A stretch of 52,651 nt of DNA from an uncultured Bacillales bacterium (GCA_947168625.1 CAMVMQ010000002.1:1-52651); one strand, 5' to 3'. Positions 9,223 to 18,816 are shown, counted from the stretch's first letter. The notes: a model not told the origin generated them from the sequence alone. Program-made: numbers and translations.

Positions 9223-9267
9223 AAGGAAAAAAGATTAAAAAAGTGAGTCTTTTTCCTTTTCTTTTTT
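9223..9267 (+). terminator. rho-independent terminator after the ComK-like gene
   Basis: AAGGAAAAAAGA...TCTTTTTCCTT hairpin followed by T-rich tail. Confidence 0.55.
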
Positions 9268-9349
9268 ATGAATATATGATATAATTTATATGTATAGGAG
9301 TACATAAACTATAAAAAGGTGATGATATGGGCAAGAAAATGATGTTTAA

Positions 9350-10453
9350 ATGCAAATCAGAAATATTAAATTAAAAAATTATCGAAATTATGATAATATT
9401 GAAGTCGATTTTGGCAACAAATTAAATATTATTATAGGCAATAATGCTCAAGGAAAAACTAATTTATTAGAGTCAATTTATGTACTTGCTGTTACAAAGT
9501 CTTTTTTGTCTGTAAAAGAAAAAGATTTAGTTAATTTTAATGAAAAATTTGCTAGAATTAGTGGAATTATTGCTAATAATACTAGGAGCGATTGTAAGCT
9601 TGATATTATTTTTAGTGATAAGGGGAAAATGGTTAAGGTTAATGATAAAGAAGTAAAAAAATTAAGCAAATATATCTCTATTGTTAATGTTATTATATTT
9701 AGCGCAGAAAATATATGGATATTTAAAGATAGTCCTTCGACTAGAAGGAGATATTTTAATATGCAAATTAGTCAGATAAGTAATGTTTATTTAAAATATT
9801 TAAGTGATTATAATGATTTACTTAGACAGAGAAATGAATTTTTGAAATTAATTAATGTGAATAAGCAGAGTGATAATTATTATTTGGATATTTTGGATGA
9901 AAAATATTCTTCTTTTTCTGTTGAGGTTTTTAAATATCGAAAAAAGTATATTAACGATATTAATGAATATTTAGATGAAATGTATAAAAAGATAACTGGT
10001 GACTCTGGTTTAAAGCTTATTTATCACACAGATGTTATTTCAGATAAGGATATTTTTTTAGAAAAGATTAAAAAAAATTATAGTAAGGAAATATTACATA
10101 AAATGACTTTAGAAGGACCAAACAGAGATGATTTCTATTTTATACTTAATGGAAAAAACCTATCATTGTTTGGAAGTCAAGGTCAGATTAGAAGTGCTGT
10201 TTTAGCTCTTAAATTATCTGAAGTAAAATTATTTAATAAGATTACTGGGGATACCCCAATTCTTCTTTTAGATGATATTTTTAGTGAGTTAGATATTGAT
10301 AAGAAAAATAATCTTCTTAGCTCAATTAGAGATGATGTTCAAACAATAGTTACGACTACTGACATAGATAATATTGCAGAAAATATTCGAAAAAATGCTA
10401 ATATATATAAAATTGATAATGGAAGAATTGTTTTACAAAATTTAAATAATTAA
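9350..10453 (+). CDS. recF: DNA replication and repair protein RecF
   Basis: MQIRNIKLKNYRNY N-terminus, Walker A GNNAQGKTNLLE, Walker B LLLDDIFSELD. An in-frame TAA at 9347 prevents upstream extension. Confidence 0.93.
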   Translation: MQIRNIKLKNYRNYDNIEVDFGNKLNIIIGNNAQGKTNLLESIYVLAVTKSFLSVKEKDLVNFNEKFARISGIIANNTRSDCKLDIIFSDKGKMVKVNDKEVKKLSKYISIVNVIIFSAENIWIFKDSPSTRRRYFNMQISQISNVYLKYLSDYNDLLRQRNEFLKLINVNKQSDNYYLDILDEKYSSFSVEVFKYRKKYINDINEYLDEMYKKITGDSGLKLIYHTDVISDKDIFLEKIKKNYSKEILHKMTLEGPNRDDFYFILNGKNLSLFGSQGQIRSAVLALKLSEVKLFNKITGDTPILLLDDIFSELDIDKKNNLLSSIRDDVQTIVTTTDIDNIAENIRKNANIYKIDNGRIVLQNLNN

Positions 10454-10467
10454 GGATGGTGATTTAG

Positions 10468-12393
10468 ATGAATAATAATAATCAAGAACATTATGATGCA
10501 TCAGATATTCAGGTTTTAGAAGGACTTGAAGCTGTAAGAAAAAGACCAGGTATGTATATTGGTACTACTGATATTAAAGGATTACATCATTTGGTATGGG
10601 AGATAGTTGATAATGCTATTGATGAATCTTTAGCTGGATTTTGTAATAATATTGAGGTTATTATAAACAAGGATAATTCAATTACAGTAAAGGATGATGG
10701 TAGGGGAATTCCGACTGAAATACATCCTAAGACAGGTTTATCAACGGTCGAAACTGTTTATACTGTACTTCATGCTGGTGGTAAATTCGGTGGTGGTGGA
10801 TATAAGGTATCTGGTGGTCTTCATGGTGTTGGTGCATCTGTAGTTAATGCCTTAAGTAGTTGGGTTGAGGTTAAAGTTTACAAAAATGGTGTTGTCAATT
10901 ATATAAGATTTGAAAATGGTGGCCATACTGTTGAGCCACTTCATGTAATTGATAAATGTGATATAAATCGTACTGGAACGGTTGTTACGTTTAAACCAGA
11001 CCCTGAAATATTTGATACGGATATATATGATTATAATACTTTAAAGGTTAGAATAAGAGAACTCGCTTTTCTAAATAGGGGTTTATCAATAACAATTAGA
11101 GATGATCGTGACGAAGAAGATACAACGGGTGAAACTTTCTTATATGAGGGTGGAATAAGCGAATATGTGAGATTTATTAATAAAGAAAAAACTCCAATTC
11201 ATGAAGATATAATTCACTTTGAAGGTGAAGAAGATGGTGTTTATCTTGAGGTTGCTATGCAATATAATACGAGCTATAATGATAATATATATTCATTTGT
11301 TAATAATATTAATACGCATGATGGTGGAACTCATGAAGAAGGGGTTAGAAGAGCTTTAACTAGAACTATTAATAATTATGCAAAGAAGTTTAATATGTTA
11401 AAAGATAAGGATGATTCTTTAACTGGTGATGATGTTAAGGAAGGTCTTACAATGATCATTTCTTGTAAACATCCAAACCCTCAATTTGAAGGGCAAACTA
11501 AGGGTAGACTTGGTAATTCAGAAGTTAGAAAACTTGCAGATAGTATTTTTTCTCAGGGATTTGAACGTTTTTTGATGGAGAATCCGGAAGAAGCTAAACT
11601 TATAATTGGTAAAGCGATGCTTGCTTGCAGGGCAAGAAATGCTGCGAGAAAGGCAAGGGAAATAACCAGAAAAAGTGAGATGGCCACTAGTAATTTCTTT
11701 GGTAAATTATCTGATTGTAAAAGTAAAGATCCTAAAGTATCTGAGATATTTATTGTAGAGGGAGATAGTGCTGGTGGCTCTGCTAAAAAAGGTAGAGATT
11801 CTATGACTCAAGCTATACTTCCATTAAGAGGAAAAATACTTAATGTAGAAAAAGCAAGACTTGATAGAGCTCTTTCAAATGAGGAAATTAGGACTATTAT
11901 TACTGCATTTGGAACAGGTATTGGCGAGGAATTTGATTTATCTAAATTAAGATATGATAAAATTATAATTATGACTGATGCAGATGTTGATGGATCACAT
12001 ATTAGGGTATTATTGTTAACTTTATTCTATCGTTTCTTTAAACCAATAGTAGAAGCTGGTCATGTCTATGCAGCTCAACCACCATTATTCTGTATAAAAC
12101 ATGGTAAGACTATTAAGTATGTTTTAAATGAACAGGCAAGAGATGAATATTTATCTACTCTTAATGCCAATGTTAAATATGATATCTTTCGTATGAAAGG
12201 TTTAGGAGAAATGGATGCTGAGGAACTTAACGAGACAACTATGGATATTAATAAGAGAGTTTTAAGAAAAATAACTGTTGATGATTGTGTAGCTGCCGAT
12301 GCTATTTTTGAAAAGCTTATGGGGGATGAAGTAGAACCTAGAAGAAAGTTTATTGAAGAAAATGCTGTTTATGCGCAGAATCTAGATGTATAG
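10468..12393 (+). CDS. gyrB: DNA gyrase subunit B
   Basis: GHKL motifs ([31 protein letters not shown]), [45 protein letters not shown]. Confidence 0.98.
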   Translation: MNNNNQEHYDASDIQVLEGLEAVRKRPGMYIGTTDIKGLHHLVWEIVDNAIDESLAGFCNNIEVIINKDNSITVKDDGRGIPTEIHPKTGLSTVETVYTVLHAGGKFGGGGYKVSGGLHGVGASVVNALSSWVEVKVYKNGVVNYIRFENGGHTVEPLHVIDKCDINRTGTVVTFKPDPEIFDTDIYDYNTLKVRIRELAFLNRGLSITIRDDRDEEDTTGETFLYEGGISEYVRFINKEKTPIHEDIIHFEGEEDGVYLEVAMQYNTSYNDNIYSFVNNINTHDGGTHEEGVRRALTRTINNYAKKFNMLKDKDDSLTGDDVKEGLTMIISCKHPNPQFEGQTKGRLGNSEVRKLADSIFSQGFERFLMENPEEAKLIIGKAMLACRARNAARKAREITRKSEMATSNFFGKLSDCKSKDPKVSEIFIVEGDSAGGSAKKGRDSMTQAILPLRGKILNVEKARLDRALSNEEIRTIITAFGTGIGEEFDLSKLRYDKIIIMTDADVDGSHIRVLLLTLFYRFFKPIVEAGHVYAAQPPLFCIKHGKTIKYVLNEQARDEYLSTLNANVKYDIFRMKGLGEMDAEELNETTMDINKRVLRKITVDDCVAADAIFEKLMGDEVEPRRKFIEENAVYAQNLDV

Positions 12394-12406
12394 GAGGTAC
12401 TAAATT

Positions 12407-14932
12407 ATGGAAGAAAATAATGGAAATAAAGATTATGATGAAAATTTAGAAAAAGTTGAAGTTTCAAGTGATTTTAATGGATATTTTCATGAAAGAGATA
12501 GTTTGTCTGAAAATAATATTGTTGATGAAGTTAAAACCTCCTTTTTGGAATATTCAGTTAGTGTTATTAAATCAAGGGCTTTACCTGACCTTCGTGACGG
12601 TTTAAAACCGGTTCATCGTAGAATATTATGGTCAATGTATGAAAGTGGTTATACTCCTGACAAACCACATAGAAAATCTGCTAAAACTGTTGGTGAGGTT
12701 ATGGGTAATTATCATCCACATGGTGATAGTTCAATATATGAAGCTATGGTTAGAATGGCTCAGGATTTTAGTCAGAGATATATGCTAATTGATGGACATG
12801 GTAATTTTGGCAATATTGAGGGTGATGGAGCTGCCGCTATGCGTTATACTGAGTCTAGATTATCTAAACTTTCTCTTGAGCTTCTTCGTGATATTAATAA
12901 AGAAACTGTTGATATGGAAGATAATTTTGATGCTACGAGAAAGGAACCTTCAGTATTACCGAGTAGATTTCCTAATATATTAGTTAATGGTACAATGGGA
13001 ATTGCTGTAGGTATGGCTACTAATATACCTCCTCATAATTTAGGTGAAGTAATAGATGGATGTGTTGCCTATATTGATAATCCAGATATTGATACGTTAG
13101 GTCTTATGAAATATATTAAAGGTCCTGATTTTCCTACTGGTGGCGTTATTTTAGGTAATTCTGGTATTAGGAAAGCCTATGATACTGGTCGTGGTACAAT
13201 TACAATAAGAAGTAGGGCGCAAATTGAAGAAGAGGGAAATCATAATAATATTGTAATAACTGAGGTACCATATGGTGTTAATACTATGGAACTTAAAAAT
13301 AAGGTTGCGGAACTTGTTCATAATAAAATTATTGATGGTATTTCTGATTATCATACAGATTTAAAAAATGGTGTAAAGATTACTATTTCATTAAAGAGAG
13401 ATGCTAATGCTCAAGTTGTTTTAAATAACTTATTTAAGCATACAAATTTTCAAATATCTTACGGTATTATATTCTTAATGTTAGACGGTCTTACTCCTAA
13501 GACTTTAGGTCTTAAAGATATTATTGCAAAGTATATTGATCATCAAAAAGAAGTTATAATACGTAGAACTAGATTTGATCTTGCTAAGGCTGAAAAAAGA
13601 GTTCATATATTAGAAGGATATAAGATTGCACTTGATAATATTGACGAAGTAATTAAAATTATAAAGAATGCTGAAAGTGATGTTGAAGCTAGAACTAAAT
13701 TAATGTCAAGATTTTCTTTGACGGAAATTCAATCTGATGCTATTTTGGAATTAAAATTACGTCGTTTAACTGGATTAGAGAGAGATAAGATTGAATCTGA
13801 ACTTTCTGAACTTCTTAAAACTATTGAAGAATTAAAGGCTATCCTTGGTGATACGCAGAAGGTTCTTAATATTATCAAAAATGAGATGCTAGAAATCAAA
13901 GATAAATATGCTGACGAAAGAAGAACTTCTATTGATATGACCGCTATTGATTATATTGATGATGAATCTCTTATTCCTGTTGAAAATAGTGTTATTACTC
14001 TAACAAACAGAGGTTATATAAAGAGAATGTCTTCAGATGTTTATAGAGCTCAAAATCGTGGAGGTATGGGAATTAAGGGAATGTCTACTAATGAAGAAGA
14101 TTTTGTTGAGCATTTAATTAATTCTACAACTCATGACTACATTTTGATGTTTACTAATAAAGGTAAAGTCTACCGTATTAAAGGGTATGAAATACCTGAG
14201 TTTAACAGACAGTCAAAAGGTCTACCAATTATTAATTTATTATCCTTAGAAAAAGATGAAAAAGTCACTTCATTATTGAAAATATCAGGTAATGAAGAAA
14301 GTAAATATCTTGTTTTTGCAACTAAAAATGGTCTTATTAAAAGAACTGATATTTCGGAATTTGATAGTATAAGAAATAATGGAAAAAAATTCATTACACT
14401 AAAAGACAATGATGAACTTGTATCTGTTAAAAAGACGACTGGAAATAATGAGATAATGCTTGCAGGTTCAAATGGTAAAATGGTACGTTTTTATGAGAAA
14501 ACAATTAGAGTAATGGGAAGAGGAGCTTCTGGTGTTAAAGGTATCAACCTTGATGGTGGTTTTTTAATTGGTATGGAAACTGTTAATAATGATGAAAATA
14601 TTCTTGTTGTTACTGAAAAAGGATATGGTAAAAAAACTCCTGTTAATGAATATCGTTTAACCAATAGAGGCGGTAAAGGTGTTATGACATTAAATGTAAC
14701 TGATAAGAATGGCAAGCTTGTTGCATTTAAATCGGTAAATGATTTAGAGGATTTAATGATCGTAACTGATTCAGGTATTATTATCCGTATGGGTATTGAT
14801 AAGATTTCTACTATGAGTAGGGTTACACAGGGTGTTAGACTTATAAATTTAAAGGATGATAGCTTAGTAAGTTCAGTTGCAATTGTTGATAAGCAAATCG
14901 ATGAAGATAAGTCTGATAATGAGGAGAGTTAA
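12407..14932 (+). CDS. gyrA: DNA gyrase subunit A
   Basis: [32 protein letters not shown], catalytic-Tyr region [12 protein letters not shown]-terminal beta-pinwheel repeats. Confidence 0.98.
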   Translation: MEENNGNKDYDENLEKVEVSSDFNGYFHERDSLSENNIVDEVKTSFLEYSVSVIKSRALPDLRDGLKPVHRRILWSMYESGYTPDKPHRKSAKTVGEVMGNYHPHGDSSIYEAMVRMAQDFSQRYMLIDGHGNFGNIEGDGAAAMRYTESRLSKLSLELLRDINKETVDMEDNFDATRKEPSVLPSRFPNILVNGTMGIAVGMATNIPPHNLGEVIDGCVAYIDNPDIDTLGLMKYIKGPDFPTGGVILGNSGIRKAYDTGRGTITIRSRAQIEEEGNHNNIVITEVPYGVNTMELKNKVAELVHNKIIDGISDYHTDLKNGVKITISLKRDANAQVVLNNLFKHTNFQISYGIIFLMLDGLTPKTLGLKDIIAKYIDHQKEVIIRRTRFDLAKAEKRVHILEGYKIALDNIDEVIKIIKNAESDVEARTKLMSRFSLTEIQSDAILELKLRRLTGLERDKIESELSELLKTIEELKAILGDTQKVLNIIKNEMLEIKDKYADERRTSIDMTAIDYIDDESLIPVENSVITLTNRGYIKRMSSDVYRAQNRGGMGIKGMSTNEEDFVEHLINSTTHDYILMFTNKGKVYRIKGYEIPEFNRQSKGLPIINLLSLEKDEKVTSLLKISGNEESKYLVFATKNGLIKRTDISEFDSIRNNGKKFITLKDNDELVSVKKTTGNNEIMLAGSNGKMVRFYEKTIRVMGRGASGVKGINLDGGFLIGMETVNNDENILVVTEKGYGKKTPVNEYRLTNRGGKGVMTLNVTDKNGKLVAFKSVNDLEDLMIVTDSGIIIRMGIDKISTMSRVTQGVRLINLKDDSLVSSVAIVDKQIDEDKSDNEES

Positions 14933-14944
14933 TAACTCTCCTTT
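14923..14944 (+). terminator. possible gyrA terminator hairpin
   Basis: GGAGAGTT-AAT-AACTCTCC overlaps the stop codon. Only a short T tail follows, so this is weak. Confidence 0.35.
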
Positions 14945-14950
14945 GCTAAT

Positions 14951-14966
14951 TATTTCCCGGGAAATA
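14951..14966. promoter_or_regulatory. Noc-binding-site (NBS)-type palindrome TATTTCCCGGGAAATA
   Basis: Exact match to the published B. subtilis NBS palindrome (core ATTTCCCGGGAAAT). CCCGGG is very rare in this AT-rich DNA. Confidence 0.7.
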
Positions 14967-15131
14967 TTTTTGTTACACAAACATTTGTTTGTGTAATTCT
15001 TTCTTTGCAATTAATTGCTTTATTTTGTATTTTATTGTATATTTTTATTGATACAACATTACTTTATGGAATCAAGTCAGGGATGGAAATCAGCAGCTTT
15101 AACATATAAGTTTTGTGTGTATCTTTTTTTA

Positions 15132-15147
15132 TGTTCCACGTGGAACA
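15132..15147. promoter_or_regulatory. parS-type site 1 (TGTTCCACGTGGAACA)
   Basis: Perfect 16-bp palindrome (18 bp with flanking A/T). 15/16 match to parS consensus TGTTNCACGTGAAACA. Confidence 0.8.
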
Positions 15148-15234
15148 TCGTTTGATTTCAATATGGTTATTATTTATTAAAATATTTTGTTGTTGATAGA
15201 GTTAGTTTCAATTTATAATTTTTTATTTAATTAA

Positions 15235-15250
15235 TGTTCCACGTGGAACA
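15235..15250. promoter_or_regulatory. parS-type site 2 (TGTTCCACGTGGAACA)
   Basis: Identical 18-mer ATGTTCCACGTGGAACAT. Confidence 0.8.
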
Positions 15251-15389
15251 TATACCGTAATTTAATTTATTCAATGTTTTTTTCTTGTTGATAGGTTATA
15301 AATTTACAATTTTATTATTAAAACAAATTAGATGTAAATCATACTATATATAAAGTAAATATTGGAATTAGGTTTTTATCTATTACTCA

Positions 15390-15405
15390 TGTTTCACGTG
15401 GAACA
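15390..15405. promoter_or_regulatory. parS-type site 3 (TGTTTCACGTGGAACA)
   Basis: One half-site is TGTTTCAC, as in the canonical parS. It is embedded in the 34-bp near-palindrome TATTACTCATGTTTCACGTGGAACATGAGTAATA (15381..15414). Confidence 0.8.
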
Positions 15406-15490
15406 TGAGTAATACTTTTATTTATCATTATTTTAATTAGTTAAATTTTTAATTTGTTGATAACTTTATATTTATATATTTATTTTATTA

Positions 15491-15506
15491 TGTTCCACGT
15501 GGAACG
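15491..15506. promoter_or_regulatory. parS-type site 4 (TGTTCCACGTGGAACG)
   Basis: One outer mismatch. It is embedded in the 28-bp near-palindrome TTATTATGTTCCACGTGGAACGTAATAA. Confidence 0.7.
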
Positions 15507-15633
15507 TAATAAAAAATTATGTATTTAATTGTATTTTAATAGTTGTGTTGTAATGTTGAATAATTAATTATTAGTATAGTGAAGCTTTTTTAAATTATAT
15601 TGATAGATTTTTTTTATTATGTTACTATTTTCA

Positions 15634-15649
15634 TGTTCCACGTGGAACA
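15634..15649. promoter_or_regulatory. parS-type site 5 (TGTTCCACGTGGAACA)
   Basis: Centre of the perfect 34-bp palindrome CTATTTTCATGTTCCACGTGGAACATGAAAATAG (15625..15658), ending at the tadA SD. Position verified against the ORF-track frame. Confidence 0.8.
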
Positions 15650-15669
15650 TGAAAATAGGTGGTTATTTT

Positions 15670-16092
15670 ATGAATGAATTTTTTTTAAATGAGGCTTTTA
15701 AAGAAGCTAAAAAATCTTTTGATTTAGATGAAATTCCTGTTGGATGTGTTATTGTTTATAAAAATCATATTATTTCTAGAGCACATAATTGCAAAGAATT
15801 AAAAAACAATGCTATCATGCATGCTGAAATTTTAGCTGTTGATAGAGCATGTAAGAAACTTAAATCATGGAGATTGGATGATTGTATACTTTATACTACT
15901 CTAGAGCCTTGTTTAATGTGCACTGGTGCAATTTTGGAATGTCGTATTAAAAATGTATATTATGGTACTAGTAGTAAAAGCAAACAAATGTTTGATATTA
16001 AAGCTCTCGATAATATTAATTTTTATAATATGAAAAATGTTGATTGTTCTAATATTTTATCTGATTTTTTTCGAATTAAACGCCTAAAATAA
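15670..16092 (+). CDS. tadA: tRNA-specific adenosine deaminase
   Basis: CMP/dCMP deaminase zinc motifs HAEILAV and PCLMCTGA. AGGTGG SD precedes ATG 15670. The ORF-track start 15619 would read through parS site 5. Confidence 0.9.
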   Translation: MNEFFLNEAFKEAKKSFDLDEIPVGCVIVYKNHIISRAHNCKELKNNAIMHAEILAVDRACKKLKSWRLDDCILYTTLEPCLMCTGAILECRIKNVYYGTSSKSKQMFDIKALDNINFYNMKNVDCSNILSDFFRIKRLK

Positions 16093-16155
16093 TGTTTTAT
16101 TTAAAATTTTAATTTTATTTTTTGAATTTCTAGTATAAATTATTTATTTCATTAA

Positions 16156-16184
16156 TTTACATCTTTAAACATACATGATATAAT
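16156..16184 (+). promoter_or_regulatory. sigma-A-like promoter for dnaX
   Basis: TTTACA, 17 nt spacer, TATAAT (with TG at -15/-14: TGATATAAT). Confidence 0.5.
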
Positions 16185-16217
16185 AAAGTATGTAGTAAAA
16201 AAAGGTGGGTGTTATTA

Positions 16218-17882
16218 ATGGGTTATTTAGCGTTGTATCGTAAATATCGTCCAATATGTTTTGATGATGTTTATGGTCAAGAAGATATTGTAACTGTTAT
16301 AAAAAATGCTATTATTAATAATAAGATATCTCACGCTTATTTGTTTTCTGGTCCTAGGGGAACTGGTAAGACTACTATTGCAAAGATTATTGCGCGTCTT
16401 GTTAATTGTGAACACCTTGAAAATGGTAATCCATGTGGAAAGTGTTTTAGTTGCTTAAATTTTCTTAATAGTAGCGACATTGTTGAAATTGATGCAGCTT
16501 CTAACAATGGTGTTGATGAAATTAGAGAAATAAGAGATAAGATTAATCTTGTTCCTACTACTTCTAAGTATAAAGTATACATTATTGATGAGGTACATAT
16601 GCTTACTACACAGGCTTTTAATGCTTTGCTTAAAACATTAGAGGAGCCTCCATCTCATGTTATTTTTATCTTAGCTACCACTGAACCTCATAAAATTCCT
16701 TTGACTATTGCTTCAAGATGTCAGAAATTTAGATTTACTCGGATTGATGATTGCAAAATTGTTGATAGACTTAAGAAAATTTCGGTATCTGAAAATATTA
16801 AGTGCGAGGATGATGCTTTTTTTGAAATTGCAAGACTTTCTGATGGATGTATGAGAGATGCAATTAATTTGCTTGATCAGCTTGCTGCTTATGCTAATGG
16901 TAATATTACTTTAGATGATATATATAAGGTAAATGGTTCTGTTTCTTATTTAGATATTAATGATTTGATTAAGGCTATTTCTGTTAATGACAAAATTAAA
17001 ATTATTGATTTTGTTGATAAATTTATTAGTGATGGTAAAGAAATTAGTAAGTTTATTGAAGAATTTATTATTTATATAAAGGATATTATTTTATTTAAAA
17101 ATGCTAATTATTTATCAAGTGTTTCCTTGAAAAATGATTGTATACGAGAAATATCTGATGTTTTATCTATTGATTATTTTTATGATTTGATTGTTGTGCT
17201 TAATGATACACTACATTCAATTAAAACATCTTCTCATGGCTCTATTTTATTTATGATATCTATCTTAAAATATTCTAGTAAGATTTTTAATAATGATATT
17301 AGCAGAGAAAGTCCTGAAGTAAATAATGCAATTATTTCCCGGGAAATAATTTATAATTCTATTAATGAAAATAAAATTAAAAATACTGGTTATCTTGTGG
17401 ATGATAATAATGATTTTTCTTCAGTAATTATTGATGTTAAGGGAAGAATAAATAATACTTTAGCTACGGCAAAAAAGAATATATTAAGCAATGTTAAGGA
17501 AAAATGGAAAACTTTAGAAAATTATTTATGTGATGACTCTTTTTCAATGGTTGCTGGGTTACTTAAGGATTGTACTGTTGTTGCGGCATCTGAGGATTAT
17601 ATTATTATTTCTAATAATCTTACTTCAGTTGTTGATAGAATTAATAATAATATAGAAAATGTTGAAACATTATTAGAAAAAGTTATTGGTTATAAAATTC
17701 TTGTTGTTTCGGTCAGCAGTGACAATTGGAATTTTATTAAGAAAAAGTATGTTGATGATATTAAAAAAGGTATTAAGTATAGTATTATTGAATTAGATGA
17801 GAATAAAAATGTTAACAATAATAGTTCACCTGTTGATGAGTTAAAAAAACTCGTTGGTGATAGTGTTATTGAATTTAAGTAA
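16218..17882 (+). CDS. dnaX: DNA polymerase III subunit gamma/tau
   Basis: YRKYRP, Walker A GPRGTGKTT, zinc module CGKCFSC, IIDEVHMLT, SRCQKF. AAAGGTGGG SD precedes ATG 16218. Confidence 0.95.
   Translation: MGYLALYRKYRPICFDDVYGQEDIVTVIKNAIINNKISHAYLFSGPRGTGKTTIAKIIARLVNCEHLENGNPCGKCFSCLNFLNSSDIVEIDAASNNGVDEIREIRDKINLVPTTSKYKVYIIDEVHMLTTQAFNALLKTLEEPPSHVIFILATTEPHKIPLTIASRCQKFRFTRIDDCKIVDRLKKISVSENIKCEDDAFFEIARLSDGCMRDAINLLDQLAAYANGNITLDDIYKVNGSVSYLDINDLIKAISVNDKIKIIDFVDKFISDGKEISKFIEEFIIYIKDIILFKNANYLSSVSLKNDCIREISDVLSIDYFYDLIVVLNDTLHSIKTSSHGSILFMISILKYSSKIFNNDISRESPEVNNAIISREIIYNSINENKIKNTGYLVDDNNDFSSVIIDVKGRINNTLATAKKNILSNVKEKWKTLENYLCDDSFSMVAGLLKDCTVVAASEDYIIISNNLTSVVDRINNNIENVETLLEKVIGYKILVVSVSSDNWNFIKKKYVDDIKKGIKYSIIELDENKNVNNNSSPVDELKKLVGDSVIEFK
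17333..17348. promoter_or_regulatory. second NBS-type palindrome TATTTCCCGGGAAATA, inside dnaX
   Basis: A 19-nt identity (AATTATTTCCCGGGAAATA) with the copy at 14949..14966. It lies in the poorly conserved linker of DnaX (codons ..NAIISREIIYN..). Confidence 0.7.
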
Positions 17883-17896
17883 GGAGAATGATAAAA

Positions 17897-18193
17897 ATGA
17901 ATATGCAAAATTTAATGATGCAAGCTAGAAAAATGCAGAAGGACATTGAAAAGTCTCAAAAAGAGTTAGAAGGTAAGGAATATGTTGGTAAATCACAAAT
18001 TGTTACTGCTTCGATGAGTGGTAGTAATAAACTTGTTTCAATTAAAATCGATATAGATAGTATTTCCGATGATGATAGGGAGTTGCTTGAAGATATGATT
18101 TTAGTTGCAGTTAATGAGGCTATTGATAAAATGGAAAAAGATAAGGAAGAGAAGTTTGGCAAGTATGGCCAAATGTTTAATGGTTTAATGTAG
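17897..18193 (+). CDS. ybaB: YbaB/EbfC family nucleoid-associated protein
   Basis: About 98 aa, MNMQNLMMQARKMQ N-terminus, conserved position between dnaX and recR. Confidence 0.88.
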   Translation: MNMQNLMMQARKMQKDIEKSQKELEGKEYVGKSQIVTASMSGSNKLVSIKIDIDSISDDDRELLEDMILVAVNEAIDKMEKDKEEKFGKYGQMFNGLM

Positions 18194-18194
18194 T

Positions 18195-18788
18195 ATGTAT
18201 CCTAACTGTATTAATGAGATTATTGAGTCTTTTAAAAGTTTACCTGGCATTGGTGAGAAGACTGCTGAGAGACTTACTTTTTCACTTATTTCTTTTGATA
18301 AGGATAAATTATCATCTTTTGCTGATGCTATTATTTCTGCTAGAGATAAAATAAAAAAATGTTCTGTATGTGGAAATATTACTGATGATGATATATGTAA
18401 TATTTGTAAGGATAAAGAAAGAAATAGTAAAATTGTTTTTGTTGTTGAAAAGTCAAAGGATATTTCTTTATTTGAAAAAATTAATGTTTTTAAAGGTAAA
18501 TATCACGTTTTGGGTGGGCTTATTTCACCTTTAGATGGTATTGGACCAGAAGATGTTAATATTGACAATTTAATTAAGAGAGTTGAAACTGATGGTATAG
18601 AAGAAATAATTTTGTCTCTTAAACCTTCGATTGAGGGTGAAACGACAATGCAATATATCAAAAAGATTCTTGAAGGAAAGAATGTTAAAATTACAAAACT
18701 TTCTACTGGTATTCCTATAGGAACAGATATAGAATATATTGATTCAATGACTTTAGAATTTGCACTAGAAGGAAGAAAAGATATATAA
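18195..18788 (+). CDS. recR: recombination protein RecR
   Basis: HhH region LPGIGEKTAERL, C4 zinc finger CSVCGNITDDDICNIC, Toprim domain. Confidence 0.95.
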   Translation: MYPNCINEIIESFKSLPGIGEKTAERLTFSLISFDKDKLSSFADAIISARDKIKKCSVCGNITDDDICNICKDKERNSKIVFVVEKSKDISLFEKINVFKGKYHVLGGLISPLDGIGPEDVNIDNLIKRVETDGIEEIILSLKPSIEGETTMQYIKKILEGKNVKITKLSTGIPIGTDIEYIDSMTLEFALEGRKDI

Positions 18789-18816
18789 TTTTTCGGCTAA
18801 TCATATATTTTATTGG

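Noticed and set aside
14973-14996. The hairpin TTACACAAACA-TT-TGTTTGTGTAA after gyrA as a regulatory RNA.
   Set aside because: It is most simply a second or backup terminator or a stabilising hairpin for the gyrBA transcript. The loop is very short and there is no further conserved context.
15061-15110. A possible fifth, degenerate copy of the structured element (ACTTTATGGAATCAAGTCAGGGATGGAAATCAGCAGCTTTAAC).
   Set aside because: Only TATGGA and TTTAAC are shared. There is no clear hairpin at the corresponding position and no AGCG..GCGG segment, so the similarity is too weak.
15131-15650. The five repeats could be a small CRISPR array.
   Set aside because: The repeat is a perfect 16-18 bp palindrome matching parS. 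Spacer lengths are very unequal (about 83 to 137 bp) and share internal motifs. No cas genes or leader are present.
16093-16217. Expected SRP (scRNA/ffs) gene between tadA and dnaX, as in Bacillus.
   Set aside because: The spacer is about 125 nt of almost pure A/T, with no GC-rich helix 8-like hairpin. Only a TTTACA-N17-TATAAT promoter is visible.
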